Source: a virus. Taken from it: 64,000 nt of DNA. The notes below the pieces were generated by a model, which did not search any database, was not told the DNA's origin, and saw only the letters and a program-made list of their open reading frames with translations. The first letter of the stretch is position 1. Each line of letters starts with the position of its first letter. Where the stretch lies: IMG/VR virus record IMGVR_UViG_3300046519_000323, positions 24,040-88,039 of that record; one strand, 5' to 3'. Position numbers and translations under genes: made by a program. Below are positions 9,121-17,953 of this stretch, one piece after another.

Positions 9121-9165
9121 GTATAAATATACTAAATAATTATACATTAATGTATCTATAATAAT
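9121..9165. promoter_or_regulatory. two perfect 14-bp palindromes ATACATTAATGTAT (9121..9134 and 9152..9165), putative operators
   Basis: Identical perfect palindromes 31 bp apart (three helical turns), directly upstream of the 9095 operon start. Confidence 0.6.
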
Positions 9166-9190
9166 ACAGAGCTGTATATAGTTTTAACCA

Positions 9191-9222
9191 AAAAAAAAGC
9201 TACTCGTTTGAGTAGCCTTTTT
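9191..9222. terminator. bidirectional rho-independent terminator
   Basis: A8 - GCTACTC gttt GAGTAGC - C T5. Confidence 0.65.
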
Positions 9223-9349
9223 CTGAAACTGTTACAGCCGCTTCACACTGTGCCCGATCTATCTGGATTGAATAGAAACAAGCCTCCCCGCCTGAGAACC
9301 CAATAATATACACATACGTATCAAAGTCAATACATAATACGTATTATTT

Positions 9350-9799
9350 TTACTTAAAGCGCATCGCTTCTAAAATGGCCGCGGGTACAGATTTATCTGT
9401 TTCCCTCATATCAGGTTCATTTAATACCAGGTGCAAACCTTTAATCGTCGATCTGAGTGTAATGTTTTCAACCTGCAGCGTATTCCTTTCCTCTGTCATC
9501 TTTTCCAGCTGTTTACGTAGCCGTTTAATCTCCTGATCTTTTTCATTACGATATTCGGCTACTGCTCTTTTATACCCTTTTGCTGAAGCAGTTCGCACCT
9601 GTGGGTGCCAATCTAAATCATTTGTGGACCAAGCATAATTAGAAAATAATTTGTAAAGACCATCTTCATGATGCTTGCTGAAATAAAGCACCTCAAAAAA
9701 GAGGAAACTAAAACTCCAAAAGGTTGGCTTATTCAAAAGATTAAATTCATGCTTTTTACGTAAATGTATGCCTTTAAGACCAAAAATAACTAAAAACAT
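9350..9799 (-). CDS. hypothetical coiled-coil protein
   Basis: 149-aa ORF. The C-terminal half is heptad-like (EIKRLRKQLEKMTEERNTLQVENITLRSTIKGL). Confidence 0.45.
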   Translation of the reverse strand: MFLVIFGLKGIHLRKKHEFNLLNKPTFWSFSFLFFEVLYFSKHHEDGLYKLFSNYAWSTNDLDWHPQVRTASAKGYKRAVAEYRNEKDQEIKRLRKQLEKMTEERNTLQVENITLRSTIKGLHLVLNEPDMRETDKSVPAAILEAMRFK

Positions 9800-9802
9800 G
9801 GC

Positions 9803-10183
9803 TTAATCTCGATCTATACAACGCCAGCCATTCATTTGGACTGCTGAATAAGGTACGCAGTCATTAAATGCATAGTATTCATACTTAGGCTTGTTTTGAT
9901 GACTCGATTTTCGTGAACTATATAAAGGTTTTTTTACTGTAACCTTGTTATTTACAGGCTTTGGGGGGACTTTCGTTATCGACCTGAAAGACGTGCTTTT
10001 GAAACTCGAGGCAGTTTGAGTACGACTTAGGCTATTAGCAGCTACGGGACGGCTGACAGGTGATGACCGACTAGCACTAAATGACGCACGTGATGAACTA
10101 ACGGCGCTATTTGCTGCTGTTGAGATAACGGCCAAAGGCATAGAAAAGGCTACAAGTAGACAAAGGCGTGAAACTCTTAACAT
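9803..10183 (-). CDS. secreted Ser-rich protein
   Basis: ORF trimmed to MLRVSRLCLLVAFSMPLAVISTAANSA (signal-peptide-like). The longer start would run through the TGAACA boxes. Confidence 0.45.
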   Translation of the reverse strand: MLRVSRLCLLVAFSMPLAVISTAANSAVSSSRASFSASRSSPVSRPVAANSLSRTQTASSFKSTSFRSITKVPPKPVNNKVTVKKPLYSSRKSSHQNKPKYEYYAFNDCVPYSAVQMNGWRCIDRD

Positions 10184-10215
10184 AAAAAAATCCCTATCAA
10201 AGAAAGCCATAAAAA

Positions 10216-10245
10216 TGAACAAATGTTCAAATAAACATTTGTTCA
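10216..10245. repeat. TGAACA/TGTTCA boxes (TGAACAAATGTTCA + TAAACATTTGTTCA)
   Basis: Read directly, immediately upstream of the 9803..10183 gene. Confidence 0.55.
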
Positions 10246-10293
10246 TATGGATTGAAGGGAAATATAAATAAATCGTTTTATTTGGCTTTGGTG

Positions 10294-10689
10294 TTATTCC
10301 ACTGCATTCGGATCATTAACTTGTTTTAACAAAGTGCGTATTTCTCGTCTTAGGAAATCAATAGCCCAAACCATTGGCTCATTTTTCCGTTTAATTGCCT
10401 CTTGATACTGCATATCCATTTGTACCAAATGACTCTCAAAGGTTGTTATAAACAAGGTTTGATTGCATTTAAGTCTTGAAATCTCCTCTTCAAGTTTATC
10501 AATTTTCAATAAAGCTTTTTCTGGTTCAAGTTGAAGGTTAGTAAAGCAAACACCGTCATGGATACATCCCTTACGCTCAATACATACCCATGGCGCACCT
10601 GATTGACATTTAACGAGAGCATTTCCCCATATATTTTCGTCATTACTACTCAAATCCTCTTCACACGGTAGTCGCTTCATTGCCCTCAA
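10294..10689 (-). CDS. hypothetical protein (Cys-rich N-terminus, coiled-coil C-terminus)
   Basis: 131-aa ORF. It overlaps the upstream gene end by 29 nt, so the start may be the internal MKRLPCEED. Confidence 0.45.
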   Translation of the reverse strand: MRAMKRLPCEEDLSSNDENIWGNALVKCQSGAPWVCIERKGCIHDGVCFTNLQLEPEKALLKIDKLEEEISRLKCNQTLFITTFESHLVQMDMQYQEAIKRKNEPMVWAIDFLRREIRTLLKQVNDPNAVE

Positions 10690-11452
10690 CCCCTGTTAAA
10701 CTCAAGCTTTCAAGTGTTTCTAAGATACCTGCAGTGAAAGACGGCGCTCGGTCGGCTTCAGGAATTTGATATTTACGTTCATATCTACGTATTACCCTGT
10801 CTTGCTCTTTATTGAGCCTTTCAAGTTCAGTGACTTGGTTTGTAAGCTTCGGAAATGCACGCTGCATATAAAGTATTTGTTCAGGGTCTTGTAAACGCGC
10901 AAGAGCCATACACATCAAATTAAACTCGTTTTGAAAATTCCGCTCATTAAACGCAAACGCTTTAAAGCTATTCATAACATCCGTATGACTGCGCCACATT
11001 CGCGGCTTATTGTCGTAAGTTGTTCCGCATGGCGTTTTAGGTACGGCCATAGCGCCAGCCATAACCTTACAGCGTCCACCAGCTGAAACATAAATCAGGC
11101 CCCATTTTTCTGGCAGCTCTTCAACTTTAATTAATCCTTTAGGGCATATGTAGTAACGCCATTTACCTATACCCGTTTCGGGTTTACCTCGATGAGGCTT
11201 TTTCCGATCTGCTAAGAAATCAGAACGGCTCACTTTTGCCTCTAAAACAACGCTACCAACATCATGACCACGTTCATAAACCTTGCCGTCAAACTCATAT
11301 GGTTCGACTGTACCGTGACGAATACCAAAGACATCAGGGTTTTCGCCGTAACATGCTGCTTCAATAATTGTAAAGTGGCATCCATGGCCGTTTGCTGATT
11401 CTGGACGCTTAAGAAACTTAGCGCCTATTTCACATAGCTCTCTATGATTCAT
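10661..11452 (-). CDS. MmcB-like (PD-(D/E)xK) DNA repair nuclease family protein
   Basis: Trimmed to MNHRELCEIGAKFLK.... ENPDVFGI...VVLEAKVSRSDFLADRKKPHR resembles the MmcB/DUF1052 signature, from memory. Confidence 0.5.
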   Translation of the reverse strand: MNHRELCEIGAKFLKRPESANGHGCHFTIIEAACYGENPDVFGIRHGTVEPYEFDGKVYERGHDVGSVVLEAKVSRSDFLADRKKPHRGKPETGIGKWRYYICPKGLIKVEELPEKWGLIYVSAGGRCKVMAGAMAVPKTPCGTTYDNKPRMWRSHTDVMNSFKAFAFNERNFQNEFNLMCMALARLQDPEQILYMQRAFPKLTNQVTELERLNKEQDRVIRRYERKYQIPEADRAPSFTAGILETLESLSLTGVEGNEATTV

Positions 11453-11666
11453 CGTAAAAACCTTCTGGAACCTTCCAAAAACAACCCTCGCCACCAGTGA
11501 AAATTTTGCCTTCAGAATCTTTTGCACTTATGGCCGTCACAAAACGGCCAACTTTCACTGCAGCTATTCTCAGCTCTCCTTTTGGGTTCCATTTATCATG
11601 AGAAGGCTTAACCAAATCACCAACGGACCACCCAAAAGAAGCGCTCTCTTTAATTTCGATATCCAT
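11442..11666 (-). CDS. hypothetical protein
   Basis: 74-aa ORF packed in the operon. Confidence 0.45.
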   Translation of the reverse strand: MDIEIKESASFGWSVGDLVKPSHDKWNPKGELRIAAVKVGRFVTAISAKDSEGKIFTGGEGCFWKVPEGFYDES

Positions 11667-11674
11667 GAATAAAG

Positions 11675-12214
11675 TTATTTACCGCGCTTTTGCCTGAACT
11701 CAGACTCCGTAATTTCTTTTAAATAGGGAGAAATTACCTTTGCCTTCCCTAAAACTTCTACTAAAACGCTATCCGCAAAAGTTGACATATGGCTAATACC
11801 CTCAAAAAAAGACGTGCGAACACAAAGTTCGTCTATTACAGCTGCCGTGGTGAATACTTGGTTAAATTGGAGGGTAAGTTTTTGGGCTACTTCAGTACAA
11901 AACTTTGTATTAGCCTTAGATGGCACATAGATAGTTGCGTCTTCAATTTCATCTGTGGGCCCTATATATTTAGTTGGTTCAACTGACTCCCAAAGTGTTA
12001 GATCAACTTTTTGTTTTTCCTTATCACCTATATAAAAGCCACTACAAACAAATTCTCCAATATTAAATTTAATATCAGGTGGATAATAAGCCTCAATAAA
12101 TCCATATTCTTTAGCTATGGCCGTGAACTTGTTACGGTGCTCATCCCGTTCATTCATTAATTTATTAAGTTGAGCAACTAAAGCCGGCTCTTCAATAATG
12201 TAGAATTTTTCCAT
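11675..12214 (-). CDS. hypothetical protein
   Basis: 179-aa ORF. Confidence 0.5.
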   Translation of the reverse strand: MEKFYIIEEPALVAQLNKLMNERDEHRNKFTAIAKEYGFIEAYYPPDIKFNIGEFVCSGFYIGDKEKQKVDLTLWESVEPTKYIGPTDEIEDATIYVPSKANTKFCTEVAQKLTLQFNQVFTTAAVIDELCVRTSFFEGISHMSTFADSVLVEVLGKAKVISPYLKEITESEFRQKRGK

Positions 12215-12217
12215 GTT

Positions 12218-12886
12218 TTAACCTAAATCAATAATTGTTAATTTGCCTGTATGAAATGCTCCTGTATCAATAAAGACACAGTTGTCACGGCGGAATGCGT
12301 TAAAAACCATAGTGTGACCTAGAAACACATAATCAATATTTTTCACTTCCTCATAACCCGGATTATGACGATCTACACGTCTACGCCCCCAAAGAGCCTC
12401 TTTTTGAGCCGATCTGATTGAAGTGGTGTCTTCTTGGCTCAATCTGGCTTTGAATTGCTCCCAATCATTCTCTTCAATATTGCCGTGTACAAAACCGTAC
12501 TTTTTGCCCTTATGATGAACCTCTAATACAGTCGGCATGTTACGAAAGGCTGCTAAAAACATATGTAGGTCAAATTCTGGTAGCTCATAGAACCAATGGC
12601 CCCCATTTTGAAGGTGACATTTCTTCATAACTGGGTCGCTCATGGCTTCAATACACAAAAGCTCATGATTGCCTAGCACAGCTTTAAACCAGTCTTCCCA
12701 AAGTAATTCGGCACATTCTTTACTTTGTGGTCCCCGATCAACTAAATCCCCAACGGAAATTAAAAGGTCATTATCAAAATCAAACCCTATTTCCTTTAGC
12801 CGGTTCATCAGTAAGTTATAACAACCGTGTAAATCACCAACGGCGAATAACTTACCTTTACGCTTATTATTTAGAACTTGAATCAC
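12218..12886 (-). CDS. Ser/Thr protein phosphatase (lambda PPase / calcineurin-like metallophosphoesterase)
   Basis: Canonical motifs GDLHGCY, GDLVDRGP, GNHE and GHT. Confidence 0.85.
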   Translation of the reverse strand: MIQVLNNKRKGKLFAVGDLHGCYNLLMNRLKEIGFDFDNDLLISVGDLVDRGPQSKECAELLWEDWFKAVLGNHELLCIEAMSDPVMKKCHLQNGGHWFYELPEFDLHMFLAAFRNMPTVLEVHHKGKKYGFVHGNIEENDWEQFKARLSQEDTTSIRSAQKEALWGRRRVDRHNPGYEEVKNIDYVFLGHTMVFNAFRRDNCVFIDTGAFHTGKLTIIDLG

Positions 12887-13310
12887 TTGCGCTCTCCGGT
12901 TCTTTTACCTGATCTTTCATTTGCTGAAAGTGGTCTTTATTTTGAGTGCGCCATTCTTTCCAAGTTTCATCGGTTTCAATGTGCTTAATCCATCGCGGAT
13001 GCTCTTTTTTCTCTACTTTAGAATGTCTGCAGCGAATAATGCCGTCATCCCCTTGAGCTTCCCCGTCACGATCAAGTCTGAGCTCTTCTAGCTCGTCATC
13101 ATCCATATCTTCTAATTCATCTTCATAGATATAGTTTTCACGATGTTCAGAACAAAAAAAGCCACCACAATGCTCTGTATGTTCAGGGTCTTCACAACAC
13201 GCAGCCCCCATACCTCTATCAATTTCAGTAAAACAACCAGGATGATCGCAGTAAGCTGGTACACCGTACCCTTGCCAACGGCCATTACGCTCATAAATTG
13301 AATAACCCAT
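12867..13310 (-). CDS. Cys/His-rich (zinc-binding?) acidic protein
   Basis: Trimmed to MGYSIYERNG.... CDHPGC...CCEDPEHTEHCGGFFCSEH cluster. Confidence 0.45.
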   Translation of the reverse strand: MGYSIYERNGRWQGYGVPAYCDHPGCFTEIDRGMGAACCEDPEHTEHCGGFFCSEHRENYIYEDELEDMDDDELEELRLDRDGEAQGDDGIIRCRHSKVEKKEHPRWIKHIETDETWKEWRTQNKDHFQQMKDQVKEPESASDSSSK

Positions 13311-13311
13311 A

Positions 13312-13611
13312 TTATTTAATCCCCGTTTCAACGTTACACATCCATTTGCGGATACGCTTAAACCAAGCCAAGCTGAAGAGCATGACTATATAAAAAATGT
13401 CTTTAAAATCGCCGTGCTTATTCCACAGCTGATCGTAGTAACTTGCTATTTCGAGCGCCGTTAAAACCATCACGACATCGAGAAAAATAATTTTTTTGTT
13501 TAAAACTAAATCTTTGTTTTCATATAGCCATTTGCAGATAAGGACCGATAATCCAGAAGTGACTATGGTTAACAAAGTCACAAAAAGACCTTTAATTGTT
13601 ATTAGGAACAT
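13312..13611 (-). CDS. membrane protein
   Basis: 99 aa with three hydrophobic helices. Confidence 0.45.
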   Translation of the reverse strand: MFLITIKGLFVTLLTIVTSGLSVLICKWLYENKDLVLNKKIIFLDVVMVLTALEIASYYDQLWNKHGDFKDIFYIVMLFSLAWFKRIRKWMCNVETGIK

Positions 13612-14018
13612 AACCGCTCCTGAATAACCTGCCCCATGGCTTGAGAGAGCTCAAAACCTTCTTTTTGATATACGAAGTGTGGGAACCTTTCGACCTCTTT
13701 AAAATCAATATGATTCATTGCATTTGAAGCTTGTTCATACAACTCATCAATCAACTGAGGATTAGTAAGTTTTACGCGCCACCCAGCACCTTTTTGCGGC
13801 TGGCTTAACTGTATGACTCCTTCAGCCTGTAATCTGACTGCAAGCATTAATCTCTGTCTCGAGTCAAAAGAACCCACTGAAGAAAGACTTGCCCATATGT
13901 AACTTAAATCAGGTCTTTTACGTTCAACATGCTTGTCTAGCTCAACAAACATAATGACCTGTTGAGCCAAGACTCTAAAAAGACATTCTTTAAAAAGTTC
14001 CTTATTTTTATTTTTCAC
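13602..14018 (-). CDS. hypothetical protein
   Basis: 138-aa ORF. Confidence 0.5.
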   Translation of the reverse strand: MKNKNKELFKECLFRVLAQQVIMFVELDKHVERKRPDLSYIWASLSSVGSFDSRQRLMLAVRLQAEGVIQLSQPQKGAGWRVKLTNPQLIDELYEQASNAMNHIDFKEVERFPHFVYQKEGFELSQAMGQVIQERLCS

Positions 14019-14590
14019 CCGTCCACCCCAACACCAAGACCTAAACTTAATTTTTTTTCTTTAAACCTGCGTTCATCAGCAAAGCTTTTAAAGGTTGAAA
14101 TGCAAGTCAATACACAGTGATTTGACTTCACTACAAAAGTTTTACCCTCACCAACTGACTTTAGAAAATTCTCTAACTCACCATTGAAACCCAACCATTT
14201 CTTTTTAAAGGGTCCATCCTGAACATAAATATCAGCCTCTTCATCCCCTAAGAATTGCCAGAACTCCATTCGATCAGGTGTTGCTATTTCAAGCTCACAT
14301 TCCACTATTTCACCAGTAGTTTCTTCAACGGCGCGTACACGGCTTACAATGTGAAAACTTTGTTCCGATTGGATTGTTCTAGTCTTTAGTGCAATTGCTA
14401 AATCGCCTTTATGGGCACTCGTCCATACCGTTGTTGGCGTATGTGTACTTTGTTGAGGGTCCACCCCTCCAAGCAAATGATGCAGCTCGATAATTCTGCG
14501 TGCATCTTCAACTTCCCAATGCATCTGAAACTTATGAGTTTTCAAGCGCATTAATTTCATTGGGTTATATTTCTTACGCGGTTTAGCCAT
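14015..14590 (-). CDS. hypothetical protein
   Basis: 191-aa ORF. Confidence 0.5.
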   Translation of the reverse strand: MAKPRKKYNPMKLMRLKTHKFQMHWEVEDARRIIELHHLLGGVDPQQSTHTPTTVWTSAHKGDLAIALKTRTIQSEQSFHIVSRVRAVEETTGEIVECELEIATPDRMEFWQFLGDEEADIYVQDGPFKKKWLGFNGELENFLKSVGEGKTFVVKSNHCVLTCISTFKSFADERRFKEKKLSLGLGVGVDG

Positions 14591-14639
14591 TTCAATTACT
14601 CACATAAACCGTAACTTGAAGAACAAAGCGTAATCTTCA

Positions 14640-16109
14640 TCATGCAACCACCGAATATTTTTGCTCATGTTTAAAGTTTGCTTCCACAAGTGCTCGCGCT
14701 ACCTGAGGGCAAACCGAATTACCACACATTCTCGTTTGTTCTTTCTTATTCAATTTGACGGTATTCCCATACTCATCAATGCCATGAGTAAAGATGTAAT
14801 TATCTGGAAAACCCTGAGCTTTAAATAACTCATGAGGCTGAAGCATTCGAAAACCGATATCTTCAATTGCATAGGTTTGACCCTTAATCGTTACTAGACC
14901 GAACCGTTCTTTTGTGGGAATGGTACGTATAGGCTGATCAACGGGGTTACCGTCGCGTTCATTTCCGTAGTAGGCAGTTAAAAAAGCTCTAACTTCAGCA
15001 AAATGACCGCCTGAAGCTGTAATTGTGTGAATAGGTGTATCTACAGGCTGACCAACATTGTTATTTCTTAGCTTTACTAAATTGCTGGTTACAAGGCTGT
15101 GATGATCTTGGCTGGTAATTGTGTGAATAGGCTCTTTTACAGTGCTGCCAACCACCCCTGTATAGTTCTTTGCCAAAAACGCTGACACAAGCGCATGATG
15201 ACCACCTTTTGTCGCTGCACAAATCGTACGTATAGGCTCATTGGCAGGCATACAGCGGGGACTTGATGCATTTGCACATTCTGTTAATACAGGCGCAATA
15301 AATGGCTTTTTGTTTTGATTAACTATGAAAGGCTTTTGAGCATTGATGACATAACGCATGATTCCAGCTGCTATACGTTTTAGGGTAGCTGGCTGAAGTT
15401 GTTTTTTTCGTTCAAAAATACTCGGGCAGTTCAGTGACCAGTCTATACATTCACTTACTGGCACCCACTCCCGTACTTTTTTCCCTTTTTTGATTTTTTC
15501 AGGCTCTTCATGGCTTAGTTCAGGCCAAACAATCGGTAAACCATCACGGCGAGCAATAAGAAATAAACGTTTACGTAACGTAGGGGCGCCGTAATAACTT
15601 GCACGTAAAAAACGCCATTCAACTTTATAGCCTTGATGACCTAAAGCGTTTATAAAACTTCGAAATGTTTCACCCTTAAATTTTGGGTCGGGTTTACCAT
15701 CTGGCCCCAATCTCCCCCATGTTGTAAATTCTTCTACATTTTCCAACATGATGACACGCGGACGAGTTAGATCAGCCCAACGTAGTGCGATCCATGCTAA
15801 GCCACGTATTTTTTTATCAACTGGTTTTGAGCCTTTTGCTTTAGAAAAATGCTTGCAGTCAGGTGAAAGCCATACTAACCCTACGGGCTGGTTCTTTGTT
15901 ATTACATCTGGCCGTACATCCCATACGCTTTCACAATAATGCTTTGTATGCGGATGGTTTATGCGGTGCATTGCTAACGCTTTTGGGTCGTGATTAATAG
16001 CGATGTCTACGGGACGGCCAAAAGCTTGCTCTAGGCCAGTGCTGGTACCGCCGCCCCCAGCAAAGTTATCAATAATTAACTCATGAGGAAAAAGGGCTAA
16101 AGCACTCAT
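14640..16109 (-). CDS. DNA (cytosine-5)-methyltransferase with four tandem TRD-like modules
   Basis: Motif I FAGGGGTSTG, motif IV-like SPDCKHFSKA, motif VI MLENV, QGFPDNY and GNSVCP. Between them are four repeats of a PI(H/R)TI...LV module. Confidence 0.8.
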   Translation of the reverse strand: MSALALFPHELIIDNFAGGGGTSTGLEQAFGRPVDIAINHDPKALAMHRINHPHTKHYCESVWDVRPDVITKNQPVGLVWLSPDCKHFSKAKGSKPVDKKIRGLAWIALRWADLTRPRVIMLENVEEFTTWGRLGPDGKPDPKFKGETFRSFINALGHQGYKVEWRFLRASYYGAPTLRKRLFLIARRDGLPIVWPELSHEEPEKIKKGKKVREWVPVSECIDWSLNCPSIFERKKQLQPATLKRIAAGIMRYVINAQKPFIVNQNKKPFIAPVLTECANASSPRCMPANEPIRTICAATKGGHHALVSAFLAKNYTGVVGSTVKEPIHTITSQDHHSLVTSNLVKLRNNNVGQPVDTPIHTITASGGHFAEVRAFLTAYYGNERDGNPVDQPIRTIPTKERFGLVTIKGQTYAIEDIGFRMLQPHELFKAQGFPDNYIFTHGIDEYGNTVKLNKKEQTRMCGNSVCPQVARALVEANFKHEQKYSVVA

Positions 16110-16378
16110 TTCGAAGCTGCCTTTTCATCAGTGAATAAAACAGCGGTGCTTGGGTTGTTTATTAATAAATTAAGCTGTTTTGCTTTCCATAGTTCAGCAT
16201 ATTTTTTAAAACCCTTTTCAGTCTGGCCCATACCAGCTTTACGCAATAAAATCGCACCTTCATGCGGTAAATTTTTTAATAAAGCGGCATTACTTACTTT
16301 TGAAAGTTCGATATAACGGCGATTATTAATCATATAAATTCTTACCCCTACACCTGTTAAGTCATTAAATTGCATCAT
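16106..16378 (-). CDS. hypothetical protein
   Basis: 90-aa ORF overlapping the methyltransferase start by 4 nt. Confidence 0.5.
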   Translation of the reverse strand: MMQFNDLTGVGVRIYMINNRRYIELSKVSNAALLKNLPHEGAILLRKAGMGQTEKGFKKYAELWKAKQLNLLINNPSTAVLFTDEKAASK

Positions 16379-16388
16379 TTAAATTTTA

Positions 16389-16418
16389 TGAACATTTGTT
16401 CATTTGAACATTTGTTCA
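16389..16418. repeat. two tandem TGAACATTTGTTCA boxes
   Basis: 16389..16402 and 16405..16418, immediately upstream of the 16378 start. Confidence 0.6.
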
Positions 16419-16489
16419 TTTACTCCATAGTCATATACTTTTTTAATACCCCCTCTGCTATTAATTAACAGAGAGGGCCCATTAATCTT

Positions 16490-17746
16490 TTAGAGTTCGC
16501 CTTTTAGGTATTTATCAATTCTGCTACCAATCCATTTCATGACTGGTACCGCCATCGAATTTCCTAAAGCAGCATATCGTTTAGTATCAGGACATTTATC
16601 AACACTTTTACCTCTATACGGTATACGTGTGTAGTTGTCTGGAAACCCCTGTAAACGCTCGCACTCTAAAGGAGTTAAACGCCGTACAACCCCATCACAA
16701 ATAAAGTTCTGGTTATGCATCCCTTGTTTTGAAGTTAAAGCACCAGCTAGAAAACCATCGCCGCCAACCGCTCTAACTTCATCACGACTATTTTGCTGAT
16801 AGTTCAGCGCTCCATTAACGTTTGAGATAGGCTTACAACCAGTAGAAGCCCTCAAAGTTGGCGCTCGTTGCAGTGCAACATCATCGGCTGCATTATCGTT
16901 AGCACAAAAAATTAAGTCCGCATCAAATAGAATTTTTCCATCCTCTACAGATTGATTGCCTAAACCCTTTTCATCAGATTTGCATAGAGTCCCTATGGGG
17001 TCTTTATGGCTGATCCAGCTCCTAGTTCGATTTGCATTCTTAGTGCCATTTCGAAGGGCTCGGGCAATCTCTTTTTTCGTGCTTCGGATCGGCGCAGAAT
17101 CCCTACGCATGCCACCGAACTCAAATAATATTTTTTCAGGACTGAACCCGTTTCGAGCACTTCCGATAACGAACACACGACGGCGTCGTTGTGGAACTCC
17201 GAAAAATTCGGCGTTAAGTATCCGCCATGCCGCTGCTCTTTCTGGTCCAAACAGAAAACCTGCGTTCTTCCACCGAGTCCCTGCCGGTTCGAGCTCACAA
17301 TTTTCTCCGGCAAGTGCTCCCAAAAAACATCCGTATGCATTGTCTTTTGTTGACAAGACACCAGGGACGTTTTCCCAAATAATGATAACTGGCTCTTTTC
17401 CATTCTTTATTCTCACTTCATCAATAACATTGGCGAGTTCAATGAAAGCTAAAGTCAATTGACCGCGATCATCATTAAGAGAGTTACGCAAACCTGCTAC
17501 GCTGAAAGCTTGGCACGGTGTACCACCAATCAAAATATCAGGTGCTTCTATTTCTCCTCTTCTAATCCTTTCGGCAATTTTTGTCATATCGCCAAGATTA
17601 GGAACTCTTGGGTAATAGTGCTCTAAAACAGCACTAGGGAAACTTTCAATTTCCGCAAACCAAATTGGTTGCCACCCAAGCTCATGCCATGCCACTGTTG
17701 GAGCTTCAATTCCAGAACAAACAGAGCCATACGTTAAAGCCATCAT
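16490..17746 (-). CDS. DNA (cytosine-5)-methyltransferase
   Basis: GGTPCQAFSVAG (motif IV), WENVPG (VI), RRRRVFVIG (VIII), LQGFPDNYT and GNSMAVPV (X). Confidence 0.85.
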   Translation of the reverse strand: MMALTYGSVCSGIEAPTVAWHELGWQPIWFAEIESFPSAVLEHYYPRVPNLGDMTKIAERIRRGEIEAPDILIGGTPCQAFSVAGLRNSLNDDRGQLTLAFIELANVIDEVRIKNGKEPVIIIWENVPGVLSTKDNAYGCFLGALAGENCELEPAGTRWKNAGFLFGPERAAAWRILNAEFFGVPQRRRRVFVIGSARNGFSPEKILFEFGGMRRDSAPIRSTKKEIARALRNGTKNANRTRSWISHKDPIGTLCKSDEKGLGNQSVEDGKILFDADLIFCANDNAADDVALQRAPTLRASTGCKPISNVNGALNYQQNSRDEVRAVGGDGFLAGALTSKQGMHNQNFICDGVVRRLTPLECERLQGFPDNYTRIPYRGKSVDKCPDTKRYAALGNSMAVPVMKWIGSRIDKYLKGEL

Positions 17747-17912
17747 TTTCCGCCTTCAGTAAAATTTGGAAAAAGATCGTGCTCTATATAGGAACATACA
17801 AAAAACCATTATTCCTATACGTGAAATACACATAACGCATCATTTTATGCATTTAAGTATAATTATGTATTAGTATTTATGCAATAACGTATAAATAATT
17901 ATTTAAGTTATT

Positions 17913-17934
17913 AAAAAACCCCGCATAAGCGGGG
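17913..17934 (-). terminator. rho-independent terminator after rep
   Basis: Minus strand reads CCCCGCTTATGCGGGG followed by TTTTTT. Confidence 0.7.
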
Positions 17935-17953
17935 TGTAAATACAAAATATGTA

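Noticed and set aside
9222-9349. A moderately GC-rich untranslated stretch downstream of 9350..9799, considered as a possible sRNA.
   Set aside because: I could find no convincing helices, promoter or terminator beyond the bidirectional terminator at 9191..9222. Evidence is insufficient.
16956-17462. 168-aa plus-strand ORF and a 136-aa alternative-frame minus-strand ORF (16993..17403) inside the C5-methyltransferase gene.
   Set aside because: The methyltransferase frame carries all canonical motifs across this region, and the overlapping ORFs have no start context or motifs.
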